Assembly: GCF_009914755.1 (NCBI RefSeq)
Contig: NC_060935.1
Origin: the human T2T-CHM13v2.0 reference genome, Homo sapiens
Length of the DNA: 64,000 nt
Reading direction: 5' to 3' (one strand)
Part shown: one piece after another, positions 1-16,764 of the stretch
Position numbering within the stretch: the stretch's first letter is position 1
Layout: each line of letters opens with the position of its first letter
Notes under the pieces: generated by a model
What the model saw: only the letters and a program-made list of their open reading frames with translations
Told to the model about the DNA's origin: nothing
Databases searched by the model: none
Made by a program: the position numbers and the translations under genes

Positions 1-817
<817 letters not shown>

Positions 818-859
818 CTAAGGGCTGACTACAGTCTTTTCCCCTCAGATTTCAAACGC

Positions 860-1100
860 TGCAGGGTGTTGCTAGGGACTCTTGGCACTCCCCAGCAGTT
901 GGTTTTTCCAGTAAGGAGCCCTGTAATTGGTGGACAGGTCTTCAGAATGCTATGAAGTAACAACAGGGGAATCTGGGGGAGTCCAGAGCCAATCTGGTCG
1001 GGTTACTTTTGCCTTTCTAACCAATCACAGCTCTCAGTTGTCAACTGTCTCAGTGTCTGGCCTGTACAGCACAGAGATGCCAACCCCACTCAATCTCCAG
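860..1100 (-). promoter_or_regulatory. Putative CCDC89 promoter/5' leader with RFX X-box-like site and CCAAT boxes
   Basis: CCCTAGCAACA on the minus strand at 867-877; CCAAT at 989-993 and 1021-1025; directly upstream of the ATG. Confidence 0.5.
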
Positions 1101-2175
1101 CCAGCATCAGGGGAGGAAGCCTGACTCCACCTAATTTCTGGTAGTAGTAAACAAATGAAGCAGGCAATGATATATTTATCCTCCCTCTCCCCTCTTCAGT
1201 TATCGTTTGAATAAATTACTGTTTGTGGAAACATGGTTGGCTCCTCAAAAAATTTCAGTCTATGAATACAAAGTAGTAGTGGTATTCTGAGAGCCAGGAC
1301 CCTAAAAGCCTGCATATCTGCACCCGTGATGTTTGGCACAGCTCCCTTTTGGTATTTAAGTATTAAAATAGAAAACACCAGTGAAATTTCTTTTGTTGTT
1401 CTTAGCATTGTCCCCACCTGGGCATAAATACTCTTTATTAGATATTTAACACCCCCTGTTTTTACCCATTAGCAAAATAAGGTTACAGAAAGAAGCTTAG
1501 TGAACCACACAGATAAACATTAAAACAGAAAAAATAAGATTCAAATGAAGCTTGCCATTATATGCCAAAGTCAACTCCTGATAGATTAGTTAAATGTAAA
1601 CAGAAACTAGAAGAAAATGAAGGTAAACATCAAATCTCTGGGGCTAGGAAGGATTTTTTTTTTATCTTAAACATTATGTAAGATCAGAAAGGGAAAGCTT
1701 ACTCAAAAAGTTATGTATAATTTTTTAAATTATGTGACTTCTGAGGTCTCTCCAGCCCCTTCTTCCACTGGATTTTCTTGACATTTTACTCCTCAAACCC
1801 AAATATTGAAGCCAAACCCAAATCCACTAACCAGCTCTCTCGCCCTATCTTTAGGTGTTCCTCTACTTGGAATGCCTTTCCTACTTTGTCCCTTGTCACT
1901 CTAGTAAAGCTTTTTATTCTTAGTTAAGAATCGTCTCTGAAGCCTATTCCTGGCCCCTACATGTCCAATTGGTCACTCACATCTTTTAGTGCATCCGCTA
2001 TAGCTATTTGTACTTCTGGTGGAGGATGTGAAAATTTTATTGCAGTCACTGTTTATCTGCCAGCTTCCCTCTGTTAGACTGTAAGATCCTTAAGGGCAGG
2101 GACTGTGTCTATTTCATCCTTGATGATTAGACTAGTGCCTGGCACATGGGGGAGATTCAGATAAATGTGTATTAA

Positions 2176-2543
<368 letters not shown>

Positions 2544-2690
2544 CAGACACTACCTTTTTTAAATAAATATTTTATACATATCAACGAAACATTAACATCT
2601 AAAAAATAAACAATTAAATTCACAAAAATGGCCAAGAATTGAACGTCTACAGTGATCCAATAAATACAAGTTAAAATTAGACATAATTTC

Positions 2691-3051
<361 letters not shown>

Positions 3052-4080
3052 CTAGAAAGGAGTATTGAAATAGGCACTCTCTTAAACTGTTGGTGAAAGT
3101 CAGTTGACAGTAGGTACTGAGAAATTAAGATATTTTTATGGCTTCCGAACTAGTAATTCTTCTGCGGAGATCTTTGCTTAGGAAATAATCTGAAAGAAAA
3201 CATTTTGCTCAAAACTTTTCATTGTAGTGTGGTTTGTAACAACTAAAAGTTGGAAACCCAAGTTTTCAAAAAAAAAAGGGAATGGTTACAAAAATTATGA
3301 TATATTCATACAAAAAATATTGTGCAGCCACTAGAACTTATTACATTTATAGGTAATTTTTAATAGCATGGAAAAGTCTTATGTTAGAAATACAACTGAA
3401 AAAGGCAAAATACAAAACTTAAAATTCAGATGATTTCAATCCTGTGAAAATTAAGGGTAGGGAAAAGAGTTGACTATTCTTGTGGTCACAGTTTCTGGTG
3501 ATCAGATTTACTATCTCCCAAGTCATGATGATAAGGAAAAACCCTGGGTGTCATTATAGATATGAGATGAATTTTTAAATGCTTCAGATTTCACTGGGAG
3601 CGAAACAAATCTGAAAGAAGAGTTTCAGGTTCTTCCCTCACTGTCAAAGATCAAGGTCTCATGTTTCAAATCCTGAATTTCTTGTCTATATATGGAAACC
3701 AAAATTGAAGACTGGGGAAATTTCCTAAGCTGAAATTTTAACAACTACATAAACAGTAGGATATTGAAGTTTTGTGAAAGTGAATTCCAAAGACTTTAAA
3801 AATGTGAATTAAACTTATTTGTAATTTTCCCACATTTCTCTTCTGTCCTTTTCCTTAAATTTCAAGCTTCATATGCGTAAATGGAGTTCGTCTAGTTATT
3901 TTCAAGGCAAATGACTAGAAAATTAGAATGGTCCTCTTAAATAAAAGGGTCTTACAAACATTGAAAATTTTATTTGTTGATTATATGGTTGTCTGATATC
4001 ATAAAGTGAATTCACAAAATATATTTCCTGAAAGGAGGAAAAGAATTCAGAAAAATACGGAAAAAAGATACATACACATT

Positions 4081-4241
4081 TGTTTTTTTACCAGTCAGGG
4101 TCTCTGTTGCCCAAGCTGGAGTGCAGTAGTGTCATCATAGCTCACTGCAGTCTTGAATTCCTGGGCTCAAGCAATCTTCCTGCCTCAGCCTCCCAAGCAG
4201 CTAGGACTACAGGCATGTACCACCATGTTCAGCTAAATTTT
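4081..4241 (-). mobile_element. Alu monomer fragment (AluJ/FRAM-like)
   Basis: Diverged Alu right-arm sequence. Confidence 0.8.
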
Positions 4242-6899
4242 CCACATTTGAAAAAGCTTATATTTCTTTTTTGCAAATATATTTTAATACACATTTCTAT
4301 TAAATTTATATTTACATTATTTAAAATAACACACATCTATAGATTACTTATCAAGACCAAGAATCTGATAAGATCCTAATCAATATTCATTCATTTATTC
4401 AGTAAACATTTGCAAGGTTATTTGCAATGCTAGGTGCTAAGAATATATTAATAAAATAAATACGATCACTGTCCTCAAATAACTTAGTTTAGTAATCACT
4501 TTGGTTCCTTTCTGCCGTGGTTGTCTTCTTTGCTCAATCATTTTTTTTCTAGCTCCCCTCCTAAAAGTATCCCGTATATTCCCTTCCCAGAGATCCAAGG
4601 TGACCAATTCTCTCCCTTGTGGTGATCAATGAGTCGTCTCCACTTATCTTTAAGTCTTTCCATGCCTCCCTCCCTTTTAAAGCTACCATTTACAGAGCTC
4701 TTCTAGGTAGTGGGCATTTATTTGTACATCTCTCACTTAATTCTAATGATATTCTTGAAGGGTAGGCATTATTATCCACATTTTATCAATTACAGGTAAC
4801 AAAGACACCAAGGTTGAGAGAGGTTAAGCAAATTATGCCACCCAGAGAATAAGTGATAGAGCGAGAATTCAAATCTAGATCTTTTTGATACCAAAGCCCA
4901 TGATCTTAGATCACATTTCATTTGTCCATTTGATCATTCATTCATTCATCTCACATAGACTGAGAAACTATTATATCCAAGAATGAAGTCCCAACTCTCA
5001 GGATGATTACAGTTTAGTGATAGACACAGATAAATGGATAACAATAATTCAGTGTGAACACTGCTAAAGTAATCATAGATAAATTAGACATCACTCTTTT
5101 CAAAGATACAGTGGTAAACACTGGGTGTTACTGAAGGCACAAAGAAGGGATACAAAACCAGTCTTGGATGGAAGGGGCATATTAGTCAAGATTGTTTTAA
5201 TAGAAACCCAATTCAATTTAGCTAAGCAAGTGGAAATATATTGGCTCACAGAAAGTGCACAGCGGGAGCTCATAGAGTCAAAGCAGGAGAGGCAGGAACT
5301 AGGTAGAACCTCAAGAACCAAAACTGCAGATGCAAAGCCACACACAAGGACTCTTTATTTCTCCATCTATTTCTCATTTCTATTGTAGACAGGGTGGATG
5401 TGTGATTTTCTCCAGCCACAGTTTGCACCAAGGACAGGGTAGTTCCACTGAATTTATGTGGGGATGGGAACTGTAATAGTGCTGGTGAGTGGGTATTCAA
5501 TGGAAAAAAAAGAAAGCAAAAATTTTGAGGCTAGTGGCAAGAGAGTGGTTGACTGGATAGAGGAGTGATAGTGGGAGGTGACTGATAGGGGTTTGAGGGA
5601 TGGTGTCCACAATGACTTTTAAAAATAATATTACAGAATAATGAACTGAAAGCTGAGAGCATAGGAGATTTTGGTCAGAGTGGGATGTTTACATTTAATG
5701 CTTCAAAGGTGGAACTTCTCAGTTACAAGGAAGTTCATAGATTTGTGTGGCTGAAAAGGAACAGAGGTTAAGGATATTCAAATTGAGGAGGTCAAGGAAC
5801 TAAGAAGCCAGGGTGTCTGATGAACATTCATATGCTGTGGAGCCAGGGGCCAGGGTCATCAATGAATGAGTTGAGAAGGATGGTAGAGGACAAGAATGAG
5901 TGGAAGGAATAATCATAATAGCAAACATTTACAGAATGCTATCTGTCAAAAGTGAGCACTATATTGATTCATTTATTTTCACCTATAGAGTAGGCACAAT
6001 GTCGCCCCTTTCTTTCTTTCTTTCTTTCTTTCTTTTTTTCTTTTACAGATGAGACACAAAGAAGTTAGATAACTTGTCCAAGGTCACACAGCTACTAAGT
6101 GGTTTAACTGAGATTCAAATCCAAGCTACCTGTTTCTGGAGGTCACTTAACCATTACACTGTACTCCCTTCCTGATACAACTGGACAACACACATCCTTA
6201 GAAACATTTACAGGAAAAGAGAGGAGCAATGATCTGAAATCTGATCCCATATCCTGATTGAGGTACTGGGTGTGAGAGTGAGCTTTCTTTTTGTAAGGCT
6301 GAAGGAGAACCAGTTCTTTTGGAAAAAGCCAGCCAAAGAAATAGAGGGAATATATTGTCTGTGATTGAATCAAGTATGTGGGGACTTTTTTTTTTATAAA
6401 ACAAACTAGTGAATAAGCCTGGGAGAGAGTGAAGATGAGAGTAGATGAGAGACCAATCCCAAAGCAGAATGGGAATGAAAGTACAGTGGTAAGAGATATT
6501 TGGGGCTTTTTACTTGTATAGTGAGTATGGATGCCAGGGATCTGCAAAGATGTCTAAGCAAGTTCCCTGGAAAATACAGCTGAGGAGAAGGGTGGTAGGC
6601 ATCTCTCTGAAAGAAGCTAGCCTAGCCTAACAGTAACCATGCTTTGGGTGGACTGCTGGACCATGTGAGAAGTCCATGGAGTTCCCAGGATCCTCACCAC
6701 CCACTTAGAAGCTAGAGTAGTCAGGGTAAATGGAAGAATTTAGGCCTCTCTGAAAAGAGTCAGCAGTGACCCTTAGAAATTTTACTTCTTTTTAAAAATA
6801 ATGGTATTTTGAAATATTTTCACTTGAGGTAGAAACAAATTGCATGTATACCTAGCTCTTGATTTCACCAGTGTCTATATAACATCCCATTCTTCTAAT

Positions 6900-7265
6900 A
6901 ATGAACCATTTTCCTTTGGCCACAGGGTGGGCACATTACCCAGGCTAGGTGAATCATATTACACCATCCACAGTGAATGGTCCAATAGGTGGGCATATGA
7001 CACAGACCTGGCCAGTTTCCACCATAGGTCTCTCAAGCTGAACCTAGGAAAGAGAAGTGCTTTAGCTGAGAGGTTGTGATGTTGAACCTGGCTGAGGTGC
7101 TATTTCTCACTCCCTGAAGAAAAGAGACCACATCTGAGTCTCTAGTTCCAGCCTGCAAGTCCCCAAAATAACCTAGGTTCCCGCAGTACTTCTTTACTCT
7201 GTGAGCTAACCCAGTATATTTCCAATAAATCCTCCTTTTTGGCTTATTACCAGTTGGGCTTCTGA
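6900..7265 (+). mobile_element. Old MaLR LTR (MLT1-like) fragment
   Basis: Pattern of gggcacattacccaggct...ccaataaatcc...ccagttgggcttctg resembles MLT1 LTR ends; subfamily not assignable by eye. Confidence 0.5.
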
Positions 7266-7336
7266 AAAAAAAAAGCCCTAAAATATGCAGTTCAAGGAAT
7301 GCCTCTAGCTTAGAAAAATGTACTTTGAAGTTTTAG

Positions 7337-7705
<369 letters not shown>

Positions 7706-8169
7706 GTGCTTACATTTTATAAAGCATGAAGCTCACACTTAGCCTTCCTTTTGAACCAGGGAAGATTAAATTTATGATTTATACTTTTTTTTCATGTGAA
7801 ACCTCTCCTTGGACTTCTTGAGGCAGTCAGAAGTGCTGTGGATAGATGCAAAGAAGGTGGGGGGTTCTATTTCCCACTTTGGTGTTTTGAAGATGAGGGA
7901 TCGGGGGATAGGATGAGACAGGCAGTCCTGGTCCTAGATGGGGAGATAATGGAGCCAATCTCATTATTGCTCCAGAGCTGGCTGGATGCTGGTTTTACAG
8001 GTAACTGAAAGAAAGCCTGAGGAAGTAGCTTGTACTATGATCTGGCACAAGCCAGAACAGGGTTTGTGCTTCTACCGCTGTGCTCTAGAAGCGTGACTCT
8101 AATTAGCTCATTTTGCCCTTCCTTAAGGTCAGAGCGGGAATGATAAATAGAGCTAGACTAAGCACTCTA

Positions 8170-8443
<274 letters not shown>

Positions 8444-8899
8444 GACCTGAGGAGACAATGGAAAGGGCATTGACCTAGATTAGTCACTCTTATTGACAAG
8501 TGGGTAGAACGTTCTAGTATCTGTTCAGGAAGAACAGGCAAGCATTCTAGTTGTTTTCAATGACATTTATGAGATGCTTGTTGTAAGATCCCATGTTCGC
8601 CTGTCACTCAGGCTTTCTTGAACCTACATTAAATCAGTGCTTGTTTTCAGAAAATTAAGCTGGTTGGGTCCTAAGGGAGAGTAATGTGCTTCATATACTA
8701 AAATCATCCCCAAAGCATTTTAACTACTTAAAAAAAAATAAAAATCCTTGAGATCTGCTATGTCCTTTAAAACAAAATAAATAAAAATAAAAATCCTACT
8801 CTTAATAACATAGCCAAAGTTGCCCACTTAGGGGAGATGATGCCCAGAATTGCAGTGAAGACTGCAGAAACATTAGCCCAGAAGAAGTTCATTAGCCTT

Positions 8900-9883
8900 G
8901 TTAGGAAATTTAGATGTTTAGAATTCCTAAAATATTTTATTTAAAATGAGAAGTCACGCTAATTTTCTAATACAATTTAAATCAAATGATAATTTATTCT
9001 AAGGGTTTTTACAAAATACGAAAATTTTACATACATAAGAAGAACAGTATAACTGAGCAACTTACATTCTAATTAAAACTTTGTTGCAAAACATGTTTGT
9101 GACTACTCTTATGCTGCTTTCATATAGTAAAGTTATAAGAAAAACAATCATATATATGCAGGGTTTTAAAAAAATAAACTCATAAAAATACAGGCTTGAG
9201 ACCTATTTTAGAATTAAGTCAAAACAAGCCAACAACTGAATTGTACCTATGGCCAGTGGGTGGCACTAAAATACATTTGAGGCTTGTTTTAACTGTTTGT
9301 TTTCTCAAGGCAGAAAAACACCAGTAGTTTCAGTCTCATTGCCCTAATATGGAATTCCATATTTTATTAGAGATTACAGAGTAAATAGTTTCTTAAGGTC
9401 CATTTTTTTTTTTTATCATCACTGATGTCTGTCTCCATTCCCTGCTCCACTTTGAGTATCTTTCTGCGACTTTTTCCCACAACCTACAAAGGTCCTGCAA
9501 GGGTACCAGACCCTCTTAACTGTGGCACAGAATTGTGGTGTGAAACACATGATGGCAAACAAGAACATTTTGCTTCTTAACAATACCCCATGTTTAATGC
9601 TCTGGGGCAGCTTTTTCTTTGAAGCAGCAGCAGAAATTCAATTTTCCTAGCTTGTTCAAATATCTTATTTAATATTAGAGTCACAAATTACACATTTTGT
9701 TATATTTAAATCCCTTGGGCCTTGTAATCAAAGAAGCACATGCAGATTGACTTTTACATGCTGTGTAGTATTCCTTAGGTGCAATAGATAGAAAGTGAGG
9801 ATATTTGTCCACCTACTCAGATTTTCAAGATCAGATTCCACCGGTTTAGTAGTTTTCAGTGGAGGAGCCAGTGGAATTTGGGC
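8900..9883 (-). other. SYTL2: SYTL2 3' UTR with candidate poly(A) signals
   Basis: Follows the TGA at 9884-9886. AATAAA on the minus strand at 9363-9368, 8993-8998 and 8936-8941. The exact 3' end is an estimate. Confidence 0.7.
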
Positions 9884-10029
9884 TCATTTGGAAATCTTGG
9901 CAATCAAAAGCATTCTGAGAGGCAGTGTTGCTTCAATCCAAGTATTGGGGGAGTTTACCATCTTCTCCCAGAGAGCAACTTCCTCTGAAGTAGAGTCCAT
10001 CCAGTCCACTTCAGTCCCATAACTTTTAC
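9884..10029 (-). CDS. SYTL2: SYTL2 last coding exon (C2B end; [10 protein letters not shown]...[10 protein letters not shown])
   Basis: ttttttcag|GTAAAA acceptor; 146 nt; stop TGA at 9884-9886; phase matches previous exon. Confidence 0.96.
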
Positions 10030-10871
10030 CTGAAAAAAGGAAGCTTTGCATTTAGAAAGAAACAGCTCATTGGGGGTAGGGGAAAGAGGGAAAGTTATTC
10101 CCTAATTATAACCACCAGTGGAAGCTAGGAGGAGCTTTCTTCACTGGGAGGGCAGATGTGAGACTCAACATAAGGAAGAACTGTTCAATTGTCTGAGTGA
10201 CTTCATGTTTGTAATCATTACCATAATTCCTAGAGCAATGATTTTTCTTCAAGTTAATGTAAAGGCCAGATGAAAATTCATCAGGGAATAAGGGAGTTGG
10301 GAGGACTCCTGCACTGGGTTGGAGATGACACTAGATAATCTCTAGGTTAGTGTGACTAAGGCTTTAGTGTCTAACAGACTCAATTTTGAATCTTGGCTCT
10401 GCCACTTTGTAGCTATGTTACTTACTTTCTTGGACTATCAGTTCCTTTGGGGTAACATTAGTAACTACCTCATAGACTTGTGAGGATTCAATGAAATAAT
10501 GTAAATGAAGCATTTAATACAGTGACTGGTGCTCCATAAATGTTATTGTTATTACTCAAAACATATATTTAGCCTTGAAGGACCATAAATGTTTTTGCAG
10601 GGCAGACTAGTGATGAAGGCTTTTCTGTCCCTGCCACTGCCACAATAACTTAAACTCTATATGCAGAGACACTTCACCCTGTTAATCCTCATATCTGGAG
10701 CCCTTGGCATACAACCTGACATTTCTTTACTCATTTATTTCACTATACTTAAGAGATATCTGTTTTCAGGATATCTCGGTTTTCACTGGGAAGAAGCAAA
10801 GCAACAAACAAACCTCTAGTATCTCTAGAAAAATTTGGCTCATGGAGAATTAAAAATGTAGCAAACAGTAC

Positions 10872-11077
10872 CTGTTCCAAAGCCAATACGAAGACCTCCC
10901 AAAAATTGGTTGGTTAATTTGTAATGGTCCCAGACAGTAAGCTCTACACAGGCTTCCATCAGATCTTCAGGCCTGAACCCATCATACACCATAGTGTGGT
11001 TGAAGATAGGGTTGGTGGTTTTCCCTACAGCTCTTGTCTTCTGGCGACTTTTCCTACTTGTATCTGGAAGGATGGTA
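10872..11077 (-). CDS. SYTL2: SYTL2 exon, C2B ([14 protein letters not shown]...LRIGFGT)
   Basis: tgtag| acceptor, CAG|gtactg donor; 206 nt. Confidence 0.96.
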
Positions 11078-11894
11078 CTACAAAAAGAGGCATGATTGTG
11101 GGAGCATTTTAGTAAGATAGTGAACATTCATGCTTTCAATACATAACAACACAGCTATTAAAGATTGACAATGGAGGAAAAGATGTGGAGAGATAGTGGT
11201 GGTGGTGGTTTGGCAGACAGTGGGGTAGGGGGTAGGAACACATCATGCTGAAAAGACTCTGGACCTAGAGTCAGCTATACTTGGTTTGAATCCTGACTCT
11301 GCTACCTCCTGGGTATGCATTTTAGGGAAAGTTACTCAACCTTACGGACACTTGCTTCTTCATCTATAAAATGGGAATGGTGATGCTGATTTCATAAGGC
11401 TAAAATTAGAATTAAATAACATATGCAAAACACTTAGCTCCATGCCTGCATTTAGTAAGTGCTTAATATGCTAGTAATCATTTGAGGATTCCTTTAAAAT
11501 TTGCAAGCACAGGCTATCCTGATTAGCTGTGATAGCCTAAGACATTTGTGTTATACAGAATAGAAAAAGAAGAGAAACCTCTCCCAATTGCTAGATTTGA
11601 CTTTGGAAATAAATTATGTAATTTTTTTTTTACAATCACTTACATTTCATTTATGATAACAATTAAATGAACTTTAACCTACCATGCCTCTTGTAAGTGG
11701 CAATATAAGACAATACAAGTGGCAACACAAGGCAAGAAGGTCTGTGAATGGTCTCAGAATGTGACTGACTGACTTGGTCTTAGAATGAGGCTGACTTGAG
11801 CCAAAAAAATCTTACCAGCTGACATCTATAAAGATAATGTGTAGGGAAAATCATAAATAATATCATCTATGCTACTTAGATATATGTCACATAT

Positions 11895-12025
11895 ATATTT
11901 ATTTATTTAATAGAGAAGGGGTTTGGCTATGTTGACCAGGCTGGTCTTGAACTCCTGGGCTCCAGTGATCCGTCCGCCTTGGCCTCCCAAAGTGCTGGAA
12001 TTATAGGCGTGAGACACCTCGCTGT
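11895..12025 (-). mobile_element. Alu left monomer (FLAM-like)
   Basis: Left-arm sequence flanked by a ~19-bp direct repeat agatatatgtcacatatat. Confidence 0.85.
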
Positions 12026-12667
12026 ACCAGATATATGTCACATATATTTAAAAAGCTACAGTTGGTCTTCTGGTAGACTATATATAAATAAAATTAGAGA
12101 AACTAGGAGAGCATACTAATATCTGTTTAGTTATTATTTACTAGATGCCAGTCACTTTATATGTATAACAGAGAGAAGAGTTTGCCACTTAAAAACCCAA
12201 ACTGTCTCAAGCTCTTAGTAAGGGTTGATTAGCAAATCATTTTCCAAATATCTGCAGTCTCATACAATGACCGTTTGCAAATAGGCCACAAAACAGGTGG
12301 GACAAAGGAGAGAAGGAATTCTCCCTGCTCCATAAAGGAGTCAAGGGGTGTGACATCTTACCATTAGAAATTTAATAAACTCTTTTGAACTGATTATTGC
12401 CCTCACCAACAGATGTTTTCCCTAGAACACATTACACATTGAGTATGAGGTCTCTAGTTTCATTTGACCTCTTACTTCATGATTTTAAAGCCAAATGAAG
12501 CCTTGAGAGTTCATGATATAGATTCCTCCAATTCATGTCTCCATTATCCCAAGTAAATTCATTTAAATTATGAATGATGAGTCAGTATTACAGATATAGA
12601 GAACCGAAACTAACCAGCAAAGACCAGGCTACAGAACTGTTGCAGACAGAGTCATCAATACTATTAC

Positions 12668-12767
12668 CATTTAACAAAAGAATTTAGATGACTTCCCCTT
12701 AGCAGTGGTAGATCAAGGCATTCCTTCACCCAGATGTGCACTTCTCCAGTTGTAGGAAGCTTTTTAC
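12668..12767 (-). CDS. SYTL2: SYTL2 exon, C2B start ([34 protein letters not shown])
   Basis: tgtag| acceptor, ATG|gtaata donor; 100 nt; found by eye, too short for the ORF track. Confidence 0.95.
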
Positions 12768-13205
12768 CTACAATAGAAAAAGAAGAGAAAATTTTCACTG
12801 CCAGTTCTCCCTTGGCAATACTGCGTCCAAAGATGTCAGCCTAAAAATGTTCTGGCATGGAGATACTAGCTAGTATTTGATGATATCATCTGAACTGATT
12901 AAATCTATACAGTCTTAACTAAGTCTTCATAATCTGGTTTTACTGAACTCGATAGCTCTATAAAAATAATTCATATTGGCTTTAAGTACCAAGTATTACA
13001 TCATTAGCACATCATTCATTTGGGGTTTTGCTTGATTCAACAAAATCAAACACCAGGAATGTGAATCATCCATTTACAGTTATATTCAAAACATTTCAAT
13101 GAAATGCATATACCTTGCAAACATTAATACCAGTATCAGTTGGTGCTAGTGGAAGACATTTAAAACATATTTGGGTATAAAGTAACCAAAACAGGTATTG
13201 GCTAA

Positions 13206-13527
<322 letters not shown>

Positions 13528-14814
13528 AAGAGTGGTTAAACATTTTATAGGGATACTGTATGTACATACGTAATAGTTAATATTATGGGCAGATAGTTAC
13601 TAAGAAGTTGGCTTAGTCTGAAATTGTTGTCTAGGCTGGGTTCATACGAACAGAGGAATGCCACCAGATTTTTCTGAATGGGTTAGCTCAATCAGTCAAC
13701 CAAACAGTACTTAGTGAGGATCTATCATAAGCTCATCTCTATGCTATGCTAGGAACATCATTAGATATACAGAGAATACATGAAATAATCTATGCCCTTG
13801 GGAAATGTTTATAGTTATGTTGGAGAGAATAATTCAAATAAAATGATAAAAATGTAATATACAGTGAAACTCCAAGTTATTACTGTAATGTTCTAGAAGA
13901 TGATATGATCAGTGAGATCTAATATAGTTAGGGAAAGCTTTATGGAGGAGATGGGGCTTCATCTAAGACTTTGGTAGGTTGAGGAGAAGAGGAAGCCATT
14001 TCAAAGAAGAAAAACTACGTGGACAAAAATTCAGACATGGTGGCACCCATCACAACACACAATACCCCTGCCCTCTACTACCAAGTGATAGAAGGAAAAA
14101 GGGAAATGGGATTTCTATGAATGTTGACTTTAAATGATAGGATACAAATTATATGCAAAAGAATCTACCTTTTAGGAAAATCCAGAAGTTCAAAGGTGGC
14201 AGTCTGACAGCAATCCAGCCTGAAAATATGCTTTACTTGCCCTCTAATTCTTTCTTTTTTGGGGGGCGGGGGGCGGTATAAACTACATCAGAATGCTTTT
14301 CTTTAGTTCAGTCACTATCCTCACCATCAATTATTTCTTCCATCTCACTAGCTTCACTGCCTGGTTACTGAAAGCATTTGAGTTTACAACCTCTGATTTC
14401 AGCCATAACATTCATACAGATTCTTAAAGAGACTAACTTGGGGAACTTGCTTGGGAAATGGAGCAAGGAGCTGGCTGGCATTCATTTCCTGCTAGTCTCT
14501 TGCTCCTTAACTGGGCTGAAGACCTGACAAGGAGGCAATTAATAATCTTGAGGGAAAAGCTTTATCTCTTAATGAGACCCTGAGAGTGGAGGGTGAATGA
14601 GCTTTAAGTTCTCTGGAGTCCTCTTAATTCCCACCTGTGAAAAAGAACACTCAGGTTCTATTCTTATAGCACTATCAATAAGTCCAAATTCCAAACACAG
14701 GAATACACAAATTCTGAATACAGGCCATTCACATTGTGCAGATACAAATTTTTGGAGAGTGAGGTGAAACCTAATGACTATAAACTAAACTAAAAAAAAA
14801 AATGAGAACTTTCT

Positions 14815-15025
14815 TATAGAAACAGAAAGTAAAATGATGATTACCAGAAGCTGGTAGTAGAGGAAAAGGAAATTGTTGGTTAATAGATAAACAGGTTCAG
14901 ATTTGCAAGATGAAAAGGTTCTGGAGATCTGTTTCCCAACAGTGTGAATATACTTAGCACTACTAAGCTGTACAGTTAAAAATGGTGAAGATGGTAGATT
15001 TTATGTTTTCTTTTTTTTTTTTTTT
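14815..15025 (+). mobile_element. Old L1M 3'-end fragment
   Basis: atagaaacagaaagtaaaatgatgattaccag...gatgaaaaggttctggagat...aaaatggt, typical of an L1MB/MC 3' UTR. Confidence 0.7.
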
Positions 15026-15202
15026 GCCACAATAACAAAAAAAGAATTTTCTTATTTACAACTGTGAATAGACTCATTTGGTCTATACGTTACTAACTTG
15101 ATAAGTTTCTTTAGGGCCTCACCTTTGAAAACGCATAGTAAATACTGTGAGAAGGGAGGGATAAGGAAAGGACATAAATCTGAATAGAAAGTCATTACAT
15201 AC

Positions 15203-15281
15203 CAGGGACTGGCTCTGGGACATACTGGAGAGCTAGTTTCATTTCACCTCTGTTTTCTGCTTCAAGGGCAACTGGTGCTGT
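15203..15281 (-). CDS. SYTL2: SYTL2 exon, C2A-C2B linker ([26 protein letters not shown])
   Basis: ttttcag| acceptor, CTG|gtatgt donor; 79 nt. Confidence 0.95.
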
Positions 15282-15826
15282 CTGAAAAGTGAAGAAATGT
15301 CAGCAGGTGGGAGACAAACTTTTCATCCTGTTTGTTGGTATAGGTCTCATTACAGAACCATATCTGTCCCATTTCTGGGACCATGTGTCACTCATGAGTG
15401 CTCTGGATTAAAATTTCTCTCTGCATCAGAACTAGACTGTTGCCTTAATACCTGGGAAAACTAGGTTGTATATCTTGAAAAATCTTGCAGGATACCCAGA
15501 AAATATTTCAAGGCCTTTAGTCTCAAAGATGGTGAAGAAACCAGAATGGCTTTCTTGGAGATGGGAGAGGTTTCTTTGAATGCTTTAATTTTGATCAAAA
15601 CACAAATATTTTGTTAGCTATTCAGCCAGCATATAAAACAATTTATTTGTATTCCCTTTATTTGAAGGAGTATGAGATAGTGTGTGAAAGTAAGGGGGGA
15701 AAGGCCATATCTTACATTTTCAAAGCTGCACTAATCTGATTATTTTAGGCCAAATGCATAGAAGTCTGTAAGTATAACAAAGACTGAACAATAATTTTTT
15801 AAACTTCTATCTGTTATTTTCAAGTA

Positions 15827-16157
15827 CACGTTGAATATTCCTTATCTGAAATGCTTGGGATCAGAAATGTTTCAGATTTCGGATTTGTTTTTTGAAATTC
15901 GTAATATTTGCATATACGTAATGAGATATCTTAGGGATGGGACCCAAGTCTAAACACAAAATTCATTTATGTTTCATATACATCTTCTACACATAGCCTG
16001 AAGGTAATTTTATATAACATTTTTAATAACTTTATGCAACCCATCACATGAAGCAGGTGTGGAATTTTCCACTTACGGCATCATATCGGCACTCAAAAAG
16101 TTTCAGATTTTGGAGCATTATGGATTTGAAATTTTTGAATTAGGGATGCTAAACCTG
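15827..16157. mobile_element. MER2 (TcMar-Tigger non-autonomous DNA transposon)
   Basis: Imperfect TIRs cacgttgaatattcctta ... tagggatgctaaacctg, flanked by TA target duplications. Confidence 0.85.
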
Positions 16158-16764
16158 TATAAGAAACCTGCATAAGATAGTTTTTTACTTTCAAATTCTG
16201 GCTCTTTAGAGCTTTATTTTCAAAATATGGGTATGTATCAGAAACGTAATGGTAGCCAGTTAAAAATGAGATGCTTTTGATATCTTCTGAGGAGTTCAGG
16301 TCTTGGGTAGGGCTAGAAATAAGTGCTTCAAGTGATTTTGATATAACATTTGAGAACCATTTCTTTAGTGGAACTAAAACAGTTCCACTGTTGTGTAGAC
16401 ACTAAGTTATGGTTTGTATTAGTTATTTATATTTATCACTTCCTACTATGATGGACTAGCTTGGATCACATCAACCCCTAAACTAATAACAATTTAAAAG
16501 GTGGGATTTTAAATATCAGTTTGAAAGTGCTAAAGAATTATTAACACAGACAGGACTCAAATGAACAAGATCTTAGAGTCTGACATTCTTCTCTGCTTTT
16601 CACTTTGAGACATTTAAGTAGTGCCAAACTGAGCACATAAAAAGCCTAACAGAATGAGACTGAAAAGGTAAGCAGGACTTTTAGCAGTTTCATGAGGCTG
16701 GGGAGACAAAACTTGGAGCCCACGGCCTGTCAAGAAGGAATGGCACTGGAAAAACACTCTAGAC

